From: an uncultured virus (IMG/VR IMGVR_UViG_3300024255_000005)
Lineage: Duplodnaviria; Heunggongvirae; Uroviricota; Caudoviricetes
Reading direction: 5' to 3' (one strand)
DNA: 20,000 nt
IMG/VR virus record: IMGVR_UViG_3300024255_000005
The position numbers and the translations under genes were made by a program. Below, in pieces: positions 15,968 through 20,000 of the stretch (position 1 is the first letter of the stretch; every line of letters starts with the position of its first letter). The notes beneath the pieces are model-generated. The model saw nothing but the letters and a program-made list of their open reading frames with translations. It did no database searches and was not told the origin of the DNA.

Positions 15968-16480
15968 ATGGCAGATTTAAAGATGAACTTATCACAACTA
16001 GAAACAAAGAGAGACGAACTTATCAAAGAAATTGATGCGACTTCAAAGGATATGACTAATAAAACCTATGATGTTGATTTCGTAAGTAACGCTAATATTA
16101 ACAAAACATTATCTCATCTAGATAAAAATTACAAATGGACAGTTAAGAATGCTGCTCTTTTAATTAATCTTCACGAAGCTCTAAAGGCTGAAAAAACTAG
16201 AATTTCAAAAGAAGGTGGCGATGCAGTAGTAGCCCTAAAAACAGTTCCACTTAATACACTATACAGTGCTCTGACAACACTTGAAGGAACGGGTGTATCT
16301 CAGGCAAAAGCATTTACAACTCTTCTTACACAGGTTGGTTTCAATATTAGTGAAGCTATGAAAACTATGCAGGAATCAAATAAAGAAATACAAACTCTTC
16401 ATGTTTCTTTAGCTGAAGTTGAAAAAGAAATAGAAGAGAATAACGTAGAAACAGTAACACCGGATGAAGTTAGCAAGTAA
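15968..16480 (+). CDS. Hypothetical coiled-coil protein
   Basis: 170 aa with heptad-rich N- and C-terminal helices. Confidence 0.75.
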   Translation: MADLKMNLSQLETKRDELIKEIDATSKDMTNKTYDVDFVSNANINKTLSHLDKNYKWTVKNAALLINLHEALKAEKTRISKEGGDAVVALKTVPLNTLYSALTTLEGTGVSQAKAFTTLLTQVGFNISEAMKTMQESNKEIQTLHVSLAEVEKEIEENNVETVTPDEVSK

Positions 16481-16979
16481 ATCTAAAAACAGATTAGAAC
16501 TCTTAGACGTAATTCAAGAAGGAATTACGGTCGAAGATACGACTCTATCTGTTGAAAAGATTAAACAATTAGCCTATCCTAGCCTTTTAGAAAAGGTAAG
16601 CGGATGGGTTACTGAAAAGAAAGGTTTTAGTGGAGGTCTTGCAAAAGAGAAAGCTAAAACAATGATTAAATTTGATAGTAGTAAAACAACAGGTGCAAGG
16701 AGTATGCATTTTATGGGAACTACTAACAAGCCCACTCTTACCGTAGAGAGTGCTGGAATTAAGGTTGCTATAGAATTTATTAAAGGAGATAGGGGCTCAG
16801 ATTTAAGAGAAGCTATTGGACAATCAATGATATACTCAACAGCGTATGATTTTGTAATGTGTGTATTTTTAGATTCAACCGATGATAAAAGAATTAAAGG
16901 AGGATCTTCTTCAATCACAGAACATTATTTTTTAAACAACCTTTGGGATAATTTTAACGTAAAGTTTACATTAGTATAA
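16464..16979 (+). CDS. Possible PD-(D/E)xK restriction-endonuclease-fold protein, degenerate
   Basis: KPTLTV...VAIEFIK...LREAIGQSMIY resembles PD..(D/E)xK plus the Qx3Y motif, but PD appears as PT. Confidence 0.45.
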   Translation: MKLASKSKNRLELLDVIQEGITVEDTTLSVEKIKQLAYPSLLEKVSGWVTEKKGFSGGLAKEKAKTMIKFDSSKTTGARSMHFMGTTNKPTLTVESAGIKVAIEFIKGDRGSDLREAIGQSMIYSTAYDFVMCVFLDSTDDKRIKGGSSSITEHYFLNNLWDNFNVKFTLV

Positions 16980-16989
16980 CAAACCATAT

Positions 16990-17520
16990 ATGCAAATATT
17001 TGTAACATCAAACCAACAGTTTGGGAGACCCGGGGCTATCAAGAAGTATGATAGACCCTTTTCTTCGCTAGAAGAGATGAATGAAACATTAATAGAAAAC
17101 TGGAACCTTACAGTTTCACCCGAAGACGTAGTATATGTTTTAGGTAATTTTGGATGGGATCCGACCACCGTAGAAAACTGTATTAATACATTAAATGGCC
17201 ATATATATTTTATAGAAGGAGAATTTGATAAAGCGACCGTTGACGTTTCTATGCTTCCTAACGCAGATAAGAAGATGGAAGAAATAGGACAAATAGACTT
17301 TTTACCAGAAATGGACGCATGTATGTCTTATTGGCCTCTTTCAATTTGGCCTGGTAAATACTTATTAAGCGGTCATCCTTCTAAGAAAATTAAAACAAGT
17401 CCTTCTAAAAAGATAATTAACGTATCATGTGACCAATGGTCTTATAAACCAGTTAACATAAAATCACTGATAGGGTTGTTCGAGGAAAATAATTTGAAAA
17501 AAAGTGAAAATAAACAGTAA
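16990..17520 (+). CDS. Calcineurin-like metallophosphoesterase homolog lacking most metal ligands
   Basis: Scaffold IFVTS..FG, RPFSSLEEMNETLIENWN.TV...DVVYVLG and INVSCDQWSYKPV match the phage phosphoesterase family; the catalytic motifs are altered. Confidence 0.8.
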   Translation: MQIFVTSNQQFGRPGAIKKYDRPFSSLEEMNETLIENWNLTVSPEDVVYVLGNFGWDPTTVENCINTLNGHIYFIEGEFDKATVDVSMLPNADKKMEEIGQIDFLPEMDACMSYWPLSIWPGKYLLSGHPSKKIKTSPSKKIINVSCDQWSYKPVNIKSLIGLFEENNLKKSENKQ

Positions 17521-17556
17521 AAAGTTTTTTTATCTCAGAAATTTTGCTTATATTAG
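17505..17556 (+). repeat. 52-bp perfect direct repeat containing early-type promoter, copy 3
   Basis: tgaaaataaacagtaaaaagtttttttatctcagaaattttgcttatattag, identical to 18611-18662. Confidence 0.92.
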
Positions 17557-17591
17557 TATAGTAATTAATTAAAAACCAAAAAATATAACGT

Positions 17592-18191
17592 ATGGCTACC
17601 TACAAACAACTAACTCAAAACTTTCTAGAAACAGGATCAGATCAAGACTTCGCAGCTCTTTACAACAAGATAAAGCCGGGTCTAACTTCGTACATTTACA
17701 AAATAGTTAAAGATCGTGAAATGGCAGAAGACATTGCAGTAAACACATTAACTAAGATGTGGACCAAAATCGAACAATATAACCCAAGTTACGGAATTAC
17801 TACTTGGTTATATAGAATCGCATTTAACGACTCTTTAGGTTATATTAAAAAAAGAAATCAAACTACGTCTTTGAGTAAATTATCAGAATATGGCGTAGAA
17901 ATAAGTGGCGCTGGATCAGTTTCAAATACTCTAAAAGATTTAGTCTTAGATCATGAAGAAAAAACTGAACAAGATTATCTAGAAGAAGATGACGCTCTTC
18001 AAGACAAATACATTAAAACTCTAGAAGCTATGCAAAATCTAAAAGAAATGTACAGAGACATCTTAGTAGACAGAATGGTAAATCATATGAAATACGATCA
18101 GCTAGCTGATAAATATAAACTTCCACTTCAAACTATTAAGAATAGAATCCGTAGAGGTAAAGCTTTAATCGTTGAAGCTGTAGAAAAATAA
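17592..18191 (+). CDS. RNA polymerase sigma factor, ECF/sigma-70 group 4-like
   Basis: Region 2: DFAALYN, AEDIAVNTLTKMW, TTWLYRIAFN. Region 4 HTH: MKYDQLADKYKLPLQTIKNRIRRGK. Confidence 0.92.
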   Translation: MATYKQLTQNFLETGSDQDFAALYNKIKPGLTSYIYKIVKDREMAEDIAVNTLTKMWTKIEQYNPSYGITTWLYRIAFNDSLGYIKKRNQTTSLSKLSEYGVEISGAGSVSNTLKDLVLDHEEKTEQDYLEEDDALQDKYIKTLEAMQNLKEMYRDILVDRMVNHMKYDQLADKYKLPLQTIKNRIRRGKALIVEAVEK

Positions 18192-18210
18192 ATATGAAAG
18201 GAAGCACAAC

Positions 18211-18411
18211 ATGCAAGAAGGAAAGAAGAATGAACCTGAGTTTGTGTTCTGTTATTGGGACGAATTTAAACCTAACGTAGAAAAAGATGATAGTAGTAGT
18301 TTACAAAAAGAGCAAGACGGCAAAGAAATTATACATGACAGTGTTCGAAAGCGAAGCAACTCCGGACAGGATAATAAATGCAAAAGCAAGAAAGCCCCTG
18401 ATTCCGAATGA
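18211..18411 (+). CDS. Possible small protein
   Basis: Fills the gap after the sigma gene but overlaps the next ORF by 125 nt, so it is uncertain. Confidence 0.35.
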   Translation: MQEGKKNEPEFVFCYWDEFKPNVEKDDSSSLQKEQDGKEIIHDSVRKRSNSGQDNKCKSKKAPDSE

Positions 18412-18499
18412 ATATGAAATCGTAGAATTAGGAATGGGTGCAGGTTTTATTGAAATGTATAAAGATAAGCATAAAATTAAAAAACATGAATTGGCGTAA
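18287..18499 (+). CDS. Hypothetical basic protein
   Basis: 70 aa with protein-like composition; overlaps the start of the next gene. Confidence 0.65.
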   Translation: MIVVVYKKSKTAKKLYMTVFESEATPDRIINAKARKPLIPNEYEIVELGMGAGFIEMYKDKHKIKKHELA

Positions 18500-18626
18500 T
18501 CAAATTGACGAATGGGACGAAGAACTTTACGAAGATCGTCCTAGGAAGGGTAAATTGCCTAAAATGAAAGACGTTGAAAAATCGCTAGCAAGCAAAAAAA
18601 GAAAAGATATTGAAAATAAACAGTAA
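18486..18626 (+). CDS. Small hypothetical protein (46 aa)
   Basis: ATG 18486 (MNWRNQIDEWDEELYE...) after an A-rich leader; ends inside the direct repeat (ENKQ*). Confidence 0.6.
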   Translation: MNWRNQIDEWDEELYEDRPRKGKLPKMKDVEKSLASKKRKDIENKQ

Positions 18627-18662
18627 AAAGTTTTTTTATCTCAGAAATTTTGCTTATATTAG
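18611..18662 (+). repeat. 52-bp perfect direct repeat containing early-type promoter, copy 4
   Basis: Identical to 17505-17556. Confidence 0.92.
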
Positions 18663-18685
18663 ATAAGTAATTAATTAAACAAGTA

Positions 18686-19243
18686 ATGAATCATCAAGAA
18701 ACATCAATAGAAAAATTAGAATCAGCTCCTCAAAGTACAACTGAGAAAGCAATTGATACTCTATTTTCTGTACTATGTTCTTCTTCTAAAAAAAGCAAGA
18801 AGATAGTTTATGTGGATATGGATGGCGTCTTAGTAGATTTACATGCAAAACTCAGAGAATATCCTGAAGACGTTGTAAAATCTCTAGGAAACGATATTGA
18901 TAAATTACCTGCTCTTTTCCTCGATCCTCCTCCAATGGAAGGTGCGATTGAAGCCTTTAACATTCTTTGTTCTTTATTCGATGTGTATATTTTATCAACT
19001 GCACCGTGGGATAATCCTGAAGCTTTAATGCACAAAAGACTATGGGTTGAAAAGCATCTAGGAAAAAATGCATATAAAAGATTAATCCTTTCTCACAACA
19101 AACATTTAAATGTTGGAGACTTTTTAATCGATGATAGAACTGCAAACGGAGCTGGTCAATTTACAGGAGAACATATTCATTTTGGAACAGAAAAATGGCC
19201 AGATTGGAAGGCTACTTTAGACTATCTTATACCTCACGCTTAA
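18686..19243 (+). CDS. 5'(3')-deoxyribonucleotidase (NT5C-type HAD)
   Basis: Motifs YVDMDGVLVD, PPMEGAIEA, ILSTAPW, KRLWVEKHLG and GDFLIDDR. Confidence 0.92.
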   Translation: MNHQETSIEKLESAPQSTTEKAIDTLFSVLCSSSKKSKKIVYVDMDGVLVDLHAKLREYPEDVVKSLGNDIDKLPALFLDPPPMEGAIEAFNILCSLFDVYILSTAPWDNPEALMHKRLWVEKHLGKNAYKRLILSHNKHLNVGDFLIDDRTANGAGQFTGEHIHFGTEKWPDWKATLDYLIPHA

Positions 19244-19604
19244 ATATAAGCTTAATCCAGTTATATCTTTTTCTGGATTCTAGATATTTATAATTATTTT
19301 CATTGGCATACGCTTCTCTTTCAAATGAGATGTTACGGTATGCTCCGGTTCCATAGATGAACAATTTTATAAACCATTCAGTAACATATAGAATATAGAA
19401 AGGAATCACTAGAAGTTCTTCCTGCTGCTTTATATGTATAGATTCATGATTAATAATCCTCTTCGCTCTTCCTCTCCACCATTTACCAGAATCATACTTT
19501 TCTCTTAGAACGATAAAGGGCCAAAGGGTAATTCCTCCAATTGACATAAACCAGCTTACTGCGTTTAAAAATCTGTCACTATATTTAATAATCGGTGTTT
19601 TCAT
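19227..19604 (-). CDS. HExxH zincin-like hypothetical protein
   Basis: Motifs GITLWPFI, INHESIHIKQQ and YRNISFEREAY. Confidence 0.8.
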   Translation of the reverse strand: MKTPIIKYSDRFLNAVSWFMSIGGITLWPFIVLREKYDSGKWWRGRAKRIINHESIHIKQQEELLVIPFYILYVTEWFIKLFIYGTGAYRNISFEREAYANENNYKYLESRKRYNWIKLIFKREV

Positions 19605-19608
19605 ATAG

Positions 19609-19625
19609 TATATATCAGATATATA
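19609..19625. promoter_or_regulatory. Back-to-back GATATATA motifs (divergent putative late promoters)
   Basis: TATATATC-A-GATATATA is a perfect inverted repeat between divergent genes. Confidence 0.6.
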
Positions 19626-19697
19626 ATACTAGTCCTGTCGGAACGCCGACACTTTAATCCTCCGGACTATAAATCCTTAAATACTTATTTTTTAAAC

Positions 19698-20000
19698 ATG
19701 ATGAAACGTATATTCATCGCAATGCTCGTATTCCACGGGTTCTTGGCCAGTGGTCAGTGCGATCTTGCTATTACCGACTTTAATTTTACCACCGGGGATC
19801 TAGTGGTAGAAGTTATTAACTCAGAAAACTGTGGTTGTAATGATTTTACAAACATAGAAACTACTTGCGAAGCATCTGCAAGTGGAGCCGTACAAAATAA
19901 TGAGACTATTAGTCATATTGTTTTAGGATTACACTTAGATGATTTTGATTATCAATGGACTGATTGTGTCAGTGGTAATAATCATCCTGGCTGGACTTTT
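19698..20000 (+). CDS. Secreted Cys-containing protein with signal peptide, 3'-truncated (not in the ORF track)
   Basis: MMKRIFIAMLVFHGFLASG-QCDLAITDFNFTTGDLVVEVINSENCGCNDF...GWTF; open to the end of the window. Confidence 0.8.
   Translation, partial: MMKRIFIAMLVFHGFLASGQCDLAITDFNFTTGDLVVEVINSENCGCNDFTNIETTCEASASGAVQNNETISHIVLGLHLDDFDYQWTDCVSGNNHPGWTF

Noticed and set aside
10231..18662. Repeated ~32-52-bp element as a CRISPR array or IS ends
   Set aside because: Copies are 1-6 kb apart, directly oriented and each precedes a gene. There are no spacers, cas genes or transposase.
1..20000. Alternative genetic code (stop-codon reassignment seen in some jumbo phages)
   Set aside because: Genes are full-length and tightly packed under code 11, TAG (14321-14323) and TGA (13692-13694) act as stops, and no suppressor tRNA is present. 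The Ser anticodon UGA reads UCA codons.

Overview
AT-rich, gene-dense window, almost all on the + strand, from a large contractile-tailed (T4-like/jumbo) dsDNA phage. The host is probably Bacteroidota, judged from A-rich SD-less leaders and TAnnTT(T/A)G-type promoter repeats. Positions 1-7.7 kb form a tail module: sheath (5'-truncated), tube, an RHH protein, a gp26-like hub/chaperone with an overlapping +1-frame ORF, and a tape measure-like protein. Positions 7.7-8.4 kb hold a membrane/coiled-coil gene enclosed by a boxA-like 16-bp long-range RNA stem, then tRNA-Ser(UGA) and tRNA-Asp(GUC). Positions 8.4-20 kb are accessory and metabolic genes: PspC, thermonuclease, RmlC, two HAD phosphatases, a NEIL1-like glycosylase, a flavodoxin-fold oxidoreductase, an SDR epimerase, guanylate kinase, two apparent pseudo-enzymes, an ECF-type sigma factor, an HExxH protein and a 3'-truncated secreted protein. 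Three putative promoter classes are visible. All calls come from reading motifs by eye; no searches were run.
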